64,000 nt of DNA, taken from an uncultured Eubacteriales bacterium. GTDB lineage: Bacteria > Bacillota > Clostridia > Oscillospirales > CAG-272. The translations under genes were made by a program, and so were the position numbers. The DNA lies in NCBI GenBank assembly GCA_948467545.1, contig CAOKER010000006.1:66772-130771 (forward strand), in the 5' to 3' direction. This document shows positions 62,607 through 64,000 of this stretch, in pieces. Numbering within the stretch: the first letter of the stretch is position 1; every line of letters starts with the position of its first letter. The notes beneath the pieces were generated by a model. The model did no database searches. It saw only the letters and a program-made list of their open reading frames with translations, and was not told the origin of the DNA.

Positions 62607-64000
62607 TCAAATTAAAATTTCCTGACTGACGGCATTCTCTTCCTCCTCTGTATTCTCCCTGATATAAACGGCCGCCGCGCCGTCAAAATCAGGCAGACGA
62701 AGTTCTCCGGACTTTACAGCGCAATATCCGATGAAACCCAAGGTTTGAAAAAACAAGGTTTGAAACACTATACGGTCAACATCGTACACCCTTTTCGGAG
62801 CATGCATATACATTATTTGACATGCAAGCAAAAAAAGTTCACGGTAAAGCTTCGACATCATCAATGATTCTGCCGACAAAAGCTTAAAAAGCAGTTCTTC
62901 TTCCGTTTTGGTAAGTATCATGAATTCAGGTATAATTTTCCCGGATACCGTATTATAAATTTTATCTTTAAGAGCAGCATAATCCATGCTGAAAAAATAA
63001 CGATTATTTTTCGGCAGAATTCCAAAATCCGCGGCAGAAGCATAATAGTTTTCATCTATCCCCGAATAGCCCGCAAACGTACCGCATTCCAACTCTTCTC
63101 TCTGCCCGCTGCCGGAAACTCCGTAATTAATCCCTGATGCGCCGCTATACAAAGTTATTCTTTCATTAAGCTCTGAATATTCATCCTTCATCTTCCCATA
63201 ACCAAGGCGCATAACAGGCCATAAAACCGCCCACAATATTCGGCTGTCGGAAAGCTTGCCGCAGATGTCATTAATTTCTCTGATTTTAAGAAGCTTCCCT
63301 TTTACGCTTTTCAAAATCTCAGCCATAGCAGATACTGCTGACTTTTCAGCCTTTCCGTATAATTCTTTCATATAATCATCGGTAAATATCACAAGTTTGG
63401 TCTGATACTTTCCCGATGAAACCTTTGAAATAAGGTTATATTTTTCAAGCAGCATAATTTCATCCTCAAGATATACCGAAGCAACTCCAAGTTCAACGGA
63501 AAGCTCTCTTATCGATATGGGCGCGTAATATGCCGACATCAATATCTGTCCGGGAAGTTTTCTCGCAAAAAGACTGCAGTATTCAGAATTGCATTTTTCC
63601 GAAAAAATCGTATGAAATTCAAACGGCTCCGGTTTGAAGCTCTTTTCTCCGAATTCTCTTTCCATACAAATACCCTCTTTCAATATTTTTCTTGTTTTGA
63701 AAAGATAATACTTAACCATTTCAAGAGAAATATTCAGTTTGTCAGAAATATCGGAACATGATAAACCATCGTAGTAATATGCCACCGTACATTCTCTGTA
63801 TTCTTTTGAGAGCAATGCAATTTCTCTGCGAAGATTTGAAATGTCCTCATGGGCAAACAGCTCTTCTGTAAAATCATACCCGTCGGATATATCCGAGTTT
63901 ATTTCGCAAAAAGAAACTCGTGTTTTTCTGCGAATAAACTTACAGCAGGTATTTGATGCTATCTTCCAAACATATCCGTAAAAGGCATTTGGATTTTTGA
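62607..64000 (-). CDS. sigma-70 family (ECF-like) sigma factor fused to a ~330-aa C-terminal domain; 5' end beyond the window
   Basis: The reading frame stays open upstream of the track start to nt 64000. It reads ...NPNAFYGYVWKIASNTCCKFIRRK (region 2-like) and ECTVAYYYDGLSCSDISDKLNISLEMVKYYLFKTRKILKE (region 4 HTH). Confidence 0.7.
   Translation of the reverse strand, partial: KNPNAFYGYVWKIASNTCCKFIRRKTRVSFCEINSDISDGYDFTEELFAHEDISNLRREIALLSKEYRECTVAYYYDGLSCSDISDKLNISLEMVKYYLFKTRKILKEGICMEREFGEKSFKPEPFEFHTIFSEKCNSEYCSLFARKLPGQILMSAYYAPISIRELSVELGVASVYLEDEIMLLEKYNLISKVSSGKYQTKLVIFTDDYMKELYGKAEKSAVSAMAEILKSVKGKLLKIREINDICGKLSDSRILWAVLWPVMRLGYGKMKDEYSELNERITLYSGASGINYGVSGSGQREELECGTFAGYSGIDENYYASAADFGILPKNNRYFFSMDYAALKDKIYNTVSGKIIPEFMILTKTEEELLFKLLSAESLMMSKLYRELFLLACQIMYMHAPKRVYDVDRIVFQTLFFQTLGFIGYCAVKSGELRLPDFDGAAAVYIRENTEEEENAVSQEILI

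Noticed and set aside
1-64000. Search by eye for tRNA/rRNA genes, integrase or transposase genes, reverse transcriptase (DGR/retron), cas genes and toxin-antitoxin pairs.
   Set aside because: I noticed no T-loop (GGTTCGAATCC-type) contexts, no rRNA-like stretches, and no ORF with recombinase, RT or Cas motifs. Absence is judged by eye only.

Overview
This 64-kb window looks like a Clostridia-type Firmicute chromosome. Support for that: a Gram-positive pel gene order, DivIVA, Prp and CotH genes, and sigma-A promoters with extended -10 boxes. All functional calls come from motif recall by eye; I ran no alignments or searches.

Layout:
(1) 1-3.4 kb: a GNAT acetyltransferase, a GyrI-like protein and a membrane GGDEF cyclase.
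(2) 3.8-20.1 kb: one ~16-kb, 11-gene minus-strand array. It is headed by a consensus promoter, a c-di-GMP-I (GEMM-I) riboswitch and an intrinsic terminator. Gene order is DivIVA-like, HD-GYP, pelD-pelE-pelA(DA)-pelF-pelG, then cotH, VTC-domain, DUF4956 and a DUF4832-like lipoprotein.
(3) 20.1-21.9 kb: a MATE exporter behind a ~280-nt terminator-containing leader.
(4) Two visibly AT-rich islands.
- Island 1 (21.9-28.6 kb) holds two ABC exporters flanked by two paralogous ~340-aa unknown proteins.
- Island 2 (33.9-49.8 kb) holds an array of small membrane proteins and what I consider the most interesting system. That system is a promoter plus an unannotated 30-aa Cys-rich peptide gene, followed by a helical-repeat/carrier-protein fusion, a radical SAM/SPASM enzyme, an S8 protease fused to a P-loop domain, two ABC exporters and a third paralog of the ~340-aa family.
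(5) Phage-derived modules at 28.98-31.4 kb (S24 repressor, replisome organizer, operator array) and 49.9-62.3 kb (terminase, portal, Prp, scaffold-like protein, N4-gp56-like capsid, holin-like protein).
(6) A sigma-70 fusion protein running off the right edge.

Several short tandem repeats and two dispersed intergenic repeat families are present. I saw no rRNA, tRNA, CRISPR array, transposase or integrase.
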